A stretch of DNA of 64,000 nt, from assembly GCF_009914755.1 (NCBI RefSeq), contig NC_060944.1; one strand, 5' to 3'. Under the pieces are notes generated by a model. It was not told the DNA's origin and did no database searches. It worked only from the letters and a program-made list of their open reading frames with translations. Of the stretch, positions 25,081-41,639 are shown piece after piece. Within the stretch, counting starts at the first letter, position 1. Each line of letters starts with the position of its first letter. The stretch is from the human T2T-CHM13v2.0 reference genome, Homo sapiens. A program made the translations under genes and the position numbers.

Positions 25081-27292
25081 AGAGCAACACATGGGGTCTC
25101 ATCTGCTCTTTGATCCTATTTAACTTGGGAAAGCGTTTCTTCACGTGCCCTTGCAGGGTTTCTGTACTTCATCAATTTATTTCTCCAGTAAATGGAGACA
25201 TTTCCCAAGTTGGAAAAGAGTTAAAATCTTGGTGATTAAGCCAGGCAATTTTAAGTAATGCTTATCCTTAACACTAAAATTCTGTGTAATTCAGCCCTAA
25301 AGCATTAGTTTCCAGCTACTCAGGAATTGAATTTATAGCTAGAGCCGCACCACTCAAGCAAGGCACTTGAGATATAAGATCTCCTCTATTGGCATTACCT
25401 GGGTTAGGAAGAAAGGTTTTTGACTTTCATCATCTCAAAAATCCATGTGAGTACCTTACCTTGAGAGAACACTGACTTTAGAGTGGAAAGCAGAGACCCG
25501 TCGCCATGTCATTCAGGGCACCCATGAAACCAGCAGCTGCCTGGAGGTCAAAGCGGAAGGAATCGTTCACATGCAAGTGGCAGAGCCAAGAAGCAGGTGT
25601 CAGATGGAGGAAACTCAGACAGTACCAGCCAAACAGGACGTTGTGAAGGGACTGGCACGGGATTTGCAGCTTTACTCCTGTTTCCTCCTGGAGGGGCTCC
25701 GCCCTGGAGGCTGTCCTGCTCCGATGGGAGGATGCTGGATGGAGAGGCGTCTTTGCGACCATGGTTCTGCTCTTGTGATTTCAGAAGTGGGCTTGTGAAC
25801 ATCATAGGAAGTGTTCCATTTTCTCCTGGAGTATGCTCCAGGCACTGTAGGATCTTTCATCCACACGAGGTATTTTCATGTTTTCCAAGCCAGGCACATA
25901 TGAACCTCTGAGCCACCTCAGCATCTTAGGTCACCTAAACATCCTCTTTGGCATCCCAGCCCTAGCAGTAGTCTTCTCCACAAGGGCAGGCTTCTCCAGA
26001 CCTGTCCCATCTGAGCCTCATATAAGCTGGGGACTCCAGTTGGTAACTTAATGTCCCTGAGCCATCTTCTACTCATTTTAAAATGGAAATAACTACCTAC
26101 CTAGTAAAAATCTCTGTTCATGACATTTATTACCATATAGAACAGAATGGCTCCCACTTAGGGACTCTCCACTGGTATCGCAATCCACCCCAGGTCCTCC
26201 AAAACTCCCCAGCCTCTCCAGTTCAAAAATGAGCCAACAATTTTACTCATAGAAGGCAAATGGAAAAGCCTTGTTAGAAACAGAGTGCTAGCCTAGAGGC
26301 AGAAAGACCTGCTGGCCAAGCACGGCCTGGGTTTGCAGCATAAGACCAGGTTCAGACAGATGATGGAGTGTGATCTGTGGTTCATGAGAGACCTTGTCTG
26401 CTTCTGACACCCAGCGTTGGTCCGCATCATTAACTACCACTTCCTCTTTCCAGGACTTGGAATGCATCAAAAGAGATGACCATGGAATCACGCAGACACA
26501 ATCCTGCTTTATGAATTTTTGTTTTGTTTTATGTTTTAAAAAACCTAGCAGTCATGGGGAAACCAAGGTGTTCTGAAATGCACCTTTCACCTCCCCTCTC
26601 TCCTTATGCTGAGCAGGGAGCCTCTGGCCCTGCAGGGCTGTACACACCCCCACTGCTAAATGCCCAGCCATGCCCAGAAAGGACAGGGCACTTGGGTCAG
26701 TCCCTAGAAGCCTGGATGCTGAGGCAGACCTGGGGGCAGATAGGCATCCCTGCCCTTCCAGAAACTTCACCCTTGTCATCTAGACATTTAGATGGCAAAT
26801 TCCCAGCACAATGTCAGTGACCATGCTAAGGTCCCTGGATGGCCATCAGGAGCCCAGGAGGACAAGCTCACATGTGGGCAAGGACACCAAGTCCTGTCAT
26901 TCACTATTTTTCATTGTCTTCTGTTGTCCCTGACTCTTCAGCTGTTGTGTGTATGGTGACATTATGGCTGAGAGACCCTCCGATGCCCCAGTTCCATCCT
27001 GAGCACAGTCCCTGACAACATCTCCCGGGAGAGGTAGAGGAGGATGTATGCATGGGGCGATGTCGTATGGAAATGGATGTCTCTTCCTTGTCTGGCTGAG
27101 TACATGCCCAGACTTGAAGTCTACCTAGTCTCTTAGATAGGGCCAGGCACTGGGGTCAGGCACACAGACCAGGGGTCTCTGCAAGAGGTCTTCAACACCT
27201 GAGTCCAAACTCCACTCACATGCGATCCTGTCCCCTTTTAGCAGCATAAGGCTGAAGACCAAAGCACTCAAAACAGCCACTGGGCATGGTGT

Positions 27293-27415
27293 GGGGGAGA
27301 AGAGAGAGAAGAGGGAAGAACAGGAGGGAGAAGGGGGAAAGGGGAGGGAAGAGAGAGGGCAGATGAGGGAAGAAAGACCAGGAGAGGAGAGGCAAGAGCA
27401 GAAGGGAGGGAAGCT
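27293..27415 (+). repeat. Polypurine (GA-rich) low-complexity tract
   Basis: About 120 bp almost entirely G/A. Confidence 0.85.
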
Positions 27416-28654
27416 GCCAGCCACAGCTTTAAAGAATGGAAAGACAGCACAAAAGAGCCTTTTTTTCCTTTTTAAACTTTCCTTTGAAATTTAATTGTAA
27501 AGTTTATTATAATGGGGAATTAAATGTAAAACTTATATGCATGGATTAAAGGATGTAGTGAAAAAGTGCCCTTGTGCCAGCAGCCCTGGGTAACAAATAG
27601 GGAGCTTATTTCATAATCGAGACAGGAGGTAAGAAGCAAGCATTCGTTCCACCATGTCATGGTTCGCCTCCTGCAGCCCTCCCTCTGCTGGTTGTGCCCC
27701 GCAGCCCGGGTTGCTCCTAGGTAGGGGGCTCTAGCCTAGCCTCATCCTCTCCACGACAACCCTCCAGGCTGCCCGACCCCTGTCCCTCTCTCAGTCCTGC
27801 CTTGGGTTTCCAATGTTCATCACATAGGCACCCCAAGGTGAAAAAAAGCCCCGGCAGTCTCCAGGCATGATATGAGAGGAAGAGCCTGACCCCACAGCTC
27901 CCTCCTCCCTGGGATCAGGAAGCTGGCGATGCCTGGGCATAGCAGAGTCAGCCAGATCCTGTCTTTAAAAGCTCCAGATTAGCAAGTCCACTCCCCAGAA
28001 TTCTCTTTTGGTTGTTGGGTATATGATGGAGTCTTGTTTGGGTCCCATTTGACAATTTCAGAGCAGAAAAATGCCCCTTAAGGCGTTACTACAGCGCCCA
28101 CCCAGCAGGGGTTTTCTAAGAGTAAAATGAGAAAAGATGTGTCAAGCGTTTAGTACAGTTCCTGGGGTCCAGTCCCTTCTCCCGATGGTAGCAGGGGTTG
28201 ATGCAGCAGCAATAACAGCACATGGCAGACAAGAAGTTGTACTTGGCTCTTCCAATTCCTGAGCAGCACCTGCACTTCTGCTTTGGAGTTCTGTTTGAGA
28301 TTTCCCTGACACCTTGCTGTCTGTGAAATGTTAGACTGCTAGATCAGGGCATTGCCCCCATGCATGGAAGACAACATCCCCAGTCCTTGTAAAAAGCAAT
28401 TCTTTATGAACAAAGGCATGTCTCTTTGGGCACATACTACCTACACCCTAGACAGGATTTGCAGCTGTGGAAAGTAGTGCTATCACCTCGAGGAAGGGAA
28501 GAAAAATTATCGTTTACTGCCTTTGGCCACTACTTAAGAACACAGAATAGAGAAAGTGGAGTTGCTGTCCATTAAGTCATTCCATAAATATCCACTCTAC
28601 CCCCAGCCCTTGGGGGCACAAACAAGAATAAGATAAATCGTGTGCATTGCACTG

Positions 28655-29080
28655 ATTTTAGTTTCCCCAAAGCAGAGCCTGAGACAGGACCAGGATGCAG
28701 GATGCAGATGATCTACGTGGAGGATGATCCCAGGAAGCAGGAGCAAGACAGAGCATGGATACAAGCTGAAGCAAGGGAGCAGTCCCCATGAGGTGGGCCC
28801 CAGGCTTACTGCCTGGACCTCCAGGAAGCATGCAGAGCACACATGAGGACCGCCCTGCCAAGGGACAGGGAGAGCTGAGGCTTTCTTCACGGACACCAAC
28901 TAGCTGGGTATCACCCCTGGGAATATTCAGTTCGAGGTGAGCAGACTTCCTCACAGACAGAGAAAGCAAGGAGCCTCTGGGGTCTGCGGTGGGAATCTGT
29001 TGGGTGCCTGAGATGTCCCTCCCATTTCAGGGGCACTGAGACCAGAGGTGGTGGGGGTCAGGGGGCTGGGCCTCGCCAGC
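28655..29080 (-). mobile_element. LTR16-like ERVL solo LTR
   Basis: gtttccccaaagcagagcctgagacagga...tgatcccaggaagcaggag is the LTR16 3' end in reverse. Confidence 0.6.
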
Positions 29081-30113
29081 ATCTGCTACTGTAAGGCTCG
29101 GCCCTGGCTGGACTACAAGCACAGACTCCACATGCAGCTGCCTGGCAGCCTCTCTGGAGACAGACAGCACGTGGAAGGCACAGGGAGACGTGCCCAGGTT
29201 TAATTTCTCTTCTTCCCCAGGTTCCCAATGTTTTATTTCAATCATACAGGTGATGCAAGTATATGACAGTGCAAATGACATGGGAGGGACCATGGAAGGC
29301 GATGAAGGCACAAGTTCCTGATTTGGTGGTTTCAAGGTTTGCAACACTAAACAACTCCAAAGTTGTCCGCCTCTCAGGAGTGTATTGACAGCTGGAGGTG
29401 ATGGTGTGTGGCAAATGCCTGGTAAATTCTGCAGTGCTTTGCGAAGGCAGAGTGACTTCCCTAACTCTGAGACTGTTCCTACTGCTTCTTCTGGTTAATG
29501 TCCACATTCAAAAAGTAAATGCCTCACTGAAATCAGGAAGAATTTGTTCATCCAATTTGGGCCAAAGCGAGTGGTTCTTTTCTATGAATGCAGTCAGGAG
29601 CCTAGTGATGACTTTATTTCTGGTATCTGAGGAGGTGCTGCATTTGTTACAAGTCAGTGGGTCACACTAGATTTGCTGATTATATTCTCATGGATCCTGG
29701 ACTTGTGGAAAGAATGAGTTACTCATCAGGAGCTATTCTCTCTGCATGATGTCTATTCCTGGTGGGAGCGTACCTTGTTTCCCTGTGAGGAGAAGCCTCT
29801 GCAGCTCCTAAGGAGATGGGCTGGAGCCTCGGGGCTGTGAGGTGAGTGCTGTGGATGCTGCCCCAGCCTGGGAAGGCAATACTTTCATTTCTCACCATCT
29901 GAGCCAATTAAACACATGCATCCTCTGAAATGGCTGATTTGATGATCATGGAAATTAATGTTTGAGAAACGTTTTCTTAGAGTAGCTTTTCACAATATTC
30001 CCCTGATGAAGACAAAGTGAGTGTGGTGCCTGCTTTTAACAGGTGGGAAAACGGGTATGCGTCACTAATGTTCCTCTCCCTCTCATCAGACCCAGTAACT
30101 TGAAAACAGCACT

Positions 30114-34490
<4,377 letters not shown>

Positions 34491-34519
34491 GAACAGCACT
34501 GTTTTCAACTTTGTCAAAT

Positions 34520-35690
34520 TATGAAAGGGAAAACCAGGGATTTATTACTGCAACTGATTTGCTGACTATTCTTCTAGACATTTTTCTATACCTTTACACA
34601 TGTTCTTTTTCTTTTGCTTTCATTTCAGTAATTGGTATCACAAGCAACTTGCTATTTTTCGTTGTGTCTTTTTCATTTAACTTTTAATCTTAGAGATGTT
34701 GTCCACATTGATATATAAAGACCTACCACACTCTTTTAAGCAACTGCCTATACCTTCTCGGAATAGCTCTCCAACAGTCTGTATGGACCCTCTCAGCTGA
34801 CAGATTTGTTGGTTTCCCATTTTTCCTTCTTTGAATTGTTCATTATTATCTGCTCTATGAGATTCTCTTCCTCAAATGAATTTACATGATTTCTTTCTAC
34901 GTTCTAGCCATTAATACCTTGTAATGTATTTCACAAGGATTTTTCTCCCTGCCTCTCATCTTTTAGGATTATTTCTAATATAGATTTTAGTTCTAGAGAA
35001 AACATTAATTTTGATGCAATCAAATTTATTAATTTTCCTTTCATAACAATTGTGTTAAGCATACTTAAAAAAAAAAAAAACTTTCTTTAGCCCCAGTGAT
35101 ATAAATGTTCTGTCTCTTTACTGATTTTTATTTGTCTAGAGATGGGGTTAGATTTGTTTCATTTATTTTTACTTTTAGATTTTTAATGCACCTGGTATTT
35201 GTTTTTACAAGTCATGTTAAGTAGGACTGTAGCAAAAGAGAAGCCATTTATCCCAACATTATTCTTATAAAGTTTAGTAGGTCAAGTCCACATTCATTGT
35301 ATATTGTTTGAAAATTGTTTCAAATATTCTTGTGCCTTTTCTTTTCTATGTGAATTCTGGAATTAGCTTGCCAAATTGATAATTACTATTATGATTTTCA
35401 CTGGGATTACAATGAATTTGAAACTAATTTTGGAAGCCAGTTATGCTCACCATTACACCACCAATGCCACCACTAATTTTGGAATATTTGTGAAAATATT
35501 GAGTCTTTTTATCCAAGCACATAGTAAATAACTTCATCTTTTTTCAAGCCTTCTTGAATATTGTCCAGCAAAATTTAGTAGTTCTATACTTACAAGATTT
35601 ATGCATTCTTTCTAGCTTTAGTACTAACATTTTATAATTCCGTTACTCTTATGAATGCAGTATTTTTTATTATATTGTCCTTTAATTTTT
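34520..35690 (-). mobile_element. Ancient L1ME-like fragments
   Basis: taattttgatgcaatcaaatttattaattttcc; gaattagcttgccaa...ctgggattacaatgaatttg...atattgagtcttttt. Confidence 0.6.
35430..35467 (-). pseudogene. Tailless retrocopy of the 5' half of tRNA-Gly(TCC)
   Basis: Reverse complement GCATTGGTGGTGTAATGGTGAGCATAACTGGCTTCCAA matches 33/38 to recalled tRNA-Gly-TCC nt 1-38 (GCGTTGGTGGTATAGTGGTGAGCATAGCTGCCTTCCAA). Flanked by the 13-bp direct repeat actaattttggaa (35423-35435, 35472-35484). Confidence 0.88.
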
Positions 35691-36220
35691 TCAATTAGAT
35701 CATTTTTAACAAAAAGTAATTCACAGTGCTAAAAAAACAAGTTCAGCTCCTGTAATAAGTCGAGCAAAACAAATACAACCAATGTGCTGGTGTTCAGGCC
35801 TCTAGACAAGTCTTCAGGCAGCCAGCATGGGCAGCCTGCCTCTCACATGTGTAGCCTTCAACTCATAGACCCAGGTGCTTTTAGCAATTAGAATCCAGCA
35901 TGCCAACTAACCGGCCATGTTATGTTCAAATATGTCTACTTGCACCCTGTCAGCCCTGGCACAGGGAGAATCTTGTTTTCACATCTGTTATGACAGCATA
36001 AACACAATTGTGTCAGCAGTCTGCATACTTGAAGTCCCAGGACCTGGGGCTCCACATACGGTCCCAGCAGGTTTGCTTTGGCACAGGAACAAAGCCATGG
36101 ATGGGAGCAGATGCCAGCCACTCACCCTTTGTGGGAACTGTGACAGGAAGAGATGCCCAGGACAGCATTCCTGCCAGGGGTCTTCTGCTAGCTGCTCCCC
36201 TCTTTTAATAGTGTATGACA

Positions 36221-36230
36221 GTGTGTGTAG

Positions 36231-36262
<32 letters not shown>
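36221..36262. repeat. (TG)n microsatellite
   Basis: About 14 uninterrupted TG units at 36234-36262. Confidence 0.95.
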
Positions 36263-36559
36263 CTTTAAACACACACCGTCCCACTGACAGTGAATAAGGG
36301 CACCCACTTCTCAGAATCAACTCTCATTCATCTCGTGTTTAGCAATCTCATGATACCTCAGTGCTGCTGTTATTTTCTGATTATTGCAAAGTTGAGGATA
36401 TTCCCATATGTTTCTCAGCCATTCTATGTGTTTCTCCTGTTGATATCCTTACTGTGTTGATTGTCTTTCTTGTGCCAATTTTTAGGTATTTATATTTTAG
36501 GAATAATATTGTCTGCTGTATGCACTGCAAGTATTTTTTTACAGATACCACTTTGTCTT

Positions 36560-38700
36560 CATTTTTAACACTTTTTGAGTTACAATTTACATACCATAAA
36601 ATTCACCCCTAGTAAAAGTGCAACTCAATGATTTTTAATAAATTTTCAGAGTTTTGCAGTCTTCACCACAATCCAGTTTTTAGAACATTTCCTCACCACC
36701 ATCCATGAAAAGAATAGTCATGACCATTTTCAGTCAACCCCCAGCACCAAGCAGTCACTAATCTGCCCTTTCTGGACATTTCAGGTAAATGAAATCCTAC
36801 CATATGTAGTCATTAAGTTTGACTTCTTTCACTTAGCGTAATGTTTTCAAGGTGCATCCATATGGAGCATATATCAGTATTTCATTCCTTTTTATTGCCC
36901 AGTAATATTCCATTGCATGGATAGACCACACTGTTGTTCATCCATTCACCAGTTAATGGACATTTGGATCATTTCCAATGTTTGTCTATTATGAATAATG
37001 CAGCTTAAACATTTGCATACATATCTTTGTGCAGATATATGTTTTCACTTCTCTTGAGTAGACACTTAGCAGTAGAATCACTGGGCCATATGGTAAATAT
37101 ATGTTTAACTTCTTAAGAAACTGCCAAACTGCTTTCCATATTCTTACCGGCAATGGATGAGGCTTCTAGTGCTCTAACATCTCTGTCAGGACTTGTTACT
37201 GTCAGTCTTTTTCATTATAGCCAACCAACCACAGTTTCAATATGCATTTCTGCAGTGACTAATGATGGTAGGAATCTTTCCTTGTGCTTCTTGGCCATTC
37301 CTGCATCTTCTCTGGTGAAGTCTGTTGAAACATTTTGTCCATTTTTATTGGGTTGTTTGTTCTCTTAGAAATGAGTTGTAAGAGTTCCTTATATATACTG
37401 GATATAAAATCCTTCATAAGATATATGATTTGCCAAAAAGACAGTCTGGTCTTGTCTTTTCATTTCCCTAATGGTGTCTTTTGAAGGAAAATAGTTCTTA
37501 ATTTTGCAGAAGTCCAATTCATCAAACTTCTATTTCTGGATCAGTCTTTTGGCATCATAGGTAAAAACTTTTTGCCAAACAAACTGTCATGAAGATTTTC
37601 TCGTCTGTTTTCTTCTAAAAGTTTTATACTTTTAACTCTTACATTTTGTCTATGACTCATTTTGGGTTGTTTTATGAATCCATATTGTGATGTAAGGATC
37701 TAAACTCATTTTTTAACATGTGGATTTTTAATTTTCCCAACACAGTTTGTTAACAAGACTATTCTTTTCTCCATTGTCAAAAATCCGTAGACCATGAATG
37801 TAGGGATTTAGTTTTAGATTCTCAAATATGTTCCATTGATCTATATGTCTATCCTTATACCAGCTTCACACTGTCTTGATTATTTTAGCTTTATAATAAG
37901 TTTTGAAATAGAGAAATTTAAGTCCTCCAATTTTATTTATCTTTTAAAATTGTTTTGGCTATGTTGGGTCCTCTGCATTTCTTTATACATTTTAGGATCA
38001 TCTTGTCAATTTCTGCAAAAACCTGCCAGGATTTTTAAAGTAATTGCATTCAATCTATAGCTCAGTTAGATAAAAATTGTCATCTTAACAATATTGAGTC
38101 ACCCCACACACAAACTTGGAATGTATCTCAATTTATTTAGAGCTTTTTAATTTTTTCTTAATAATATTTTATAGTTTCCTATACAAATCCTGTACTTTTT
38201 TGTTAAATATATTTCTACCTATTTTATTACCTTGTTGCAATTGTGAATAGAGTTGTTTACACAATTTCATTTTGGATTGTTCACGGGTAGTATATAGAAA
38301 CACAATTGAATTTTGTATATTTATCTTGTATCCTGAAAACTTGCTAAACTCACTTATTGGTTCTAGTTGGGTTTTTTAACGTGTGTGGATTCCTTAGAAT
38401 TTTCTATATGCATGTGATGATCTTAACTGCAAATAAAGACAGTTTTACCTCTTTTCATTCTGTATCCCCTTTGTTTCTTTTTCTATTTTTTATTTCTCTT
38501 GATTTTTCTTCCCTGGTTGCACTGTCTTGGACCTCCAGTATAATGTTGAAAAGGGTGCTGAGAGTGGAGAGTGGACATCTTTGTCTTGTCCCTGATCATA
38601 AGAGGAAAGTTAACATGATTAAGTATCATGTTAATTGCAGGGTTTTTATAGATGTCCTCTATCCAATTGAGAAAATTCCTTTCTGTGTTTTGCTTGTTCA
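36560..38700 (-). mobile_element. L1MB-type element (3' end and ORF2 remnant)
   Basis: caatttacataccataaaattcaccc...ttcattcctttttattgc...tccattcaccagttaatggacatttg...ggtgagagtggacatc-like ORF2 sequence. Confidence 0.85.
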
Positions 38701-38789
38701 TTTTAATCACAAAATTATTGTTTGCTTTTTTATCTCTTTTTTATAACAAAATTTATATCAAGTGTACCAAAAAATTGCAGTGTCTATGA

Positions 38790-39096
38790 TTTTTTTGTTT
38801 TGTTTTTCTTTTTTTTTTTTCTTTTTTTGAGACAGAGTCTTACTCTGTTGACCAGGCGATCTCGGCTCACTGCAATCTCCACCTCCCAGGTTCAAGTGAT
38901 TCTCGTGTTTCAGCCATCTGAGTAGCTGGGATTACAGATGCGCACCACCACACCTGGTTAATATTTTTGTATTTTTAGTAGAGATGGCATTTCACTATGT
39001 TGGCCAGGCTGGTCTCAAACTCCTAGCCTCAAGTTATCAGCCTGCCTCGGCCTCCCAGAGTGCTGGGATTACAGGCATGAGCCACTGCTCTTGTCC
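38790..39096 (-). mobile_element. AluS-type element with a small internal deletion
   Basis: Poly-T, gagacagagtct...gtattttagtagagatgg...tgctgggattacaggcatgagccac; lacks tggagtgcagtggc near 38856. Confidence 0.95.
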
Positions 39097-39286
39097 ATGA
39101 CTATGTGCTTATTCTTGTTCCTATGTCCCTTTCTAAGTATTGAGTTTGATTTTTCTCTTTCTAGAGATCTTTTAGTGATTTTTTTTAAATTTTGTTTTAA
39201 AGAGGACTTTTAGAGCAGTCTTTCAAAGGGATGGTAAATTTTCTGAATTTTTTATTTTAAAAAAATGTATTTAACCCCTCTATTAG

Positions 39287-39392
39287 AAAAAAAAGCTTTA
39301 TCTGGCTATAAAATTTCAGGTTAACAGTCTTCTCTTTTTAAAAAAAAGCTTTATCTGGCTATAGAATTTCAGGTTAACAGTCTTCTCTTTTT
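39287..39392. repeat. 53-bp tandem duplication (2 copies, ~1 mismatch)
   Basis: aaaaaaaagctttatctggctata(a/g)aatttcaggttaacagtcttctcttttt twice. Confidence 0.95.
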
Positions 39393-41429
39393 TTCTATGA
39401 CAGACATCATTTGAATATATGTTTCCATTGTTTCCTTGTCAATGAGAAGGATCCTGCTGTCAATTGGATTCTCATTCATTCATCTCCTTCTTACCACCAG
39501 CCCACCTGGAAGCTCTGAGGATGTCACTCTCTTCTTAGTTTTCTAAAGTCTCCTCCACTGGATCTCATTTCATATCCCACCACAGCAGTCAGTGGGCCTT
39601 TCTGATCTAATGAGTCATACTTTGCTTAGCTCTGCAAGTGTGTATTTACTTTTTGAACTTTCCCCTTTCTCTCTTTGTCCTCTCCCTGTGGTCTCCTATG
39701 TGATTAATGTTCGTTTGCTGCATGGTGACAGCATGAAGAAACTTCCAGAACCCTCAGCCACAAGAATGGACAAGAGGACTCCAAATCTCCATCAATTCAA
39801 TCCAGTCGGAGTCAACTCAATTTTCACAGAAGAAAGTCACACGATAATTACATTTTCCATTGTAAATTGGCATGAAGATGATTAAACCTTGAGGAACAGC
39901 ATGAAATTAATAAATAATCATCCATGAGAAATATGAGATTTTTTTTTCCTGATTTTTATCAACCCCACCACGCCTCCCTGGGCTGCCTTGCAAGGAGCCA
40001 GCAACAAGGTGTGTGTGAGGTGCCTCCCAAGTCTTGCAAACATCTGACACTAGTGCCTCTTTCTTAGTTCATAGGCCTCTTTCTGTTTGTGGTGAGTTTG
40101 CTTTCTTTTCCTTTGTATGATATGTACACTGATGTGCGGAAATATATTATGAATATAATTCAATGACTAAGCTTTGGTGACAAAAACCATTCATTCATTT
40201 TATGGGACATTTGAAGTTTCACACAAGAGGCAGCTGCAGGTTTATTAAGCACATCAATTATTAATTCATCACAGCTATGAGCCTGATTTGCTTATTTTCC
40301 ATATTATCTCTGTCTAGTAGTTGAACTGAGTTGCTTTTTATTACATTGCTTTTCACGGTGATAATGAAATGTAATAACAGTGAGAGTTTTCATTTCCCTC
40401 TCATCATTTCTCCCTTCAGATCAGCTGAGGACTGAAACTTGGGTGGGGAAAGAGAGAGGCAGAGAGAAACAGAGACAGGAAGTGAGAGAGAGGAAGAGAG
40501 CAAGAGGCTGAGACCTTTGAACTCCTCAGAGGTGAGTCAGGAGTATGTGTGATGGGGTGAGAGCAAGGGACACTGTATCCCTGGATGGAGCCACATCCCT
40601 GCCACTTGGCAGGTCAGGTCTCGCCAAGAGCAGACACCTCCCTGCGGTCTGCAGAACACATGATCTCCCTCTGGCGTCTGCCTGCCAGTCCTGTCCAGCC
40701 CAGTCTCTCTACCCATCTGGATCTGACTCCTCTTCTAAAGAACCTCAGGTCCCTGTTGGTCAAGAACTCTTCCCTGGAGCTTATTTCTCTGACATTTCTC
40801 TTATCTGAACTTGTATTACAGGCTGTAAACAATTTTTAAAGAAGATTTTACAATACACGATATCCTTCCTGTTCACAGATCTCTATCTAGAGATCCTTGC
40901 AAAGAGGTAAATAATCTATTGTGTGCCCTCTATGCAAAACATGTTGGACAGCTTCCCCATCCAGCATGTTTATGTTGGAGGGCACACAAAACAAGCTGTC
41001 CAACAGCTGATTTTTTGTTTGTTTTTATTGGAAAGAGGTTTGAATCCTTGCTTGTACAGCATGAGTTCCAGTCCTCTTCCACCCCTTACTAGCTAGGGCT
41101 TTTCTGAACATCAGTTTTCTCATCAGTTTGATAAGAAAATAATCACAACAACCTCACAGACCAAAGAAGGCAATGCCCATAAGCTTCATGAGTTACAACA
41201 TGTAATGTAAATATGGTAGCCATGAAATCTTCTAATTACATTGCAAAGAAATGATCAAATCTGGTGGCCTTACAAAACATCTTTAGAACATCTCCTAATC
41301 TCATTTGTAGCAGGTTTGCTGAGTGATGAATTTATGTCTTTCTCCACACAGCAGTGGAGAGCCAAGAAGAGGGGAAAAGGAGGGAGCATGGGAGGTAAAT
41401 GCGTCATGGTAACCACTCAGGGCTGGGGT

Positions 41430-41560
41430 CACATAGAACATGGTTCATATCCTAAATCTGCCACTTCTCTTTGTATGACCTTGCACAAATCATTTGACTT
41501 ATCTGACCCTCAGTTTATTCATCTATAAAACAGATGTGGCAGTGGTAGTGCCACAATTCA
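41430..41560 (+). mobile_element. MIR
   Basis: ctgccactt...tgaccttgcacaaatcatttgacttatctgaccctcagtttattcatctataaaa. Confidence 0.7.
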
Positions 41561-41639
41561 CAGCCCAGTTCCACCTTCCTCACAGGCTCGTGATAAAGCT
41601 CCATTTCCTACCCTTCCTCTCAGTTATGTTGGAGCCACA

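Noticed and set aside
27125-27494. Low-complexity ORFs (E/G/R-rich and S/P/L-rich)
   Set aside because: Products of the GA-rich polypurine tract.
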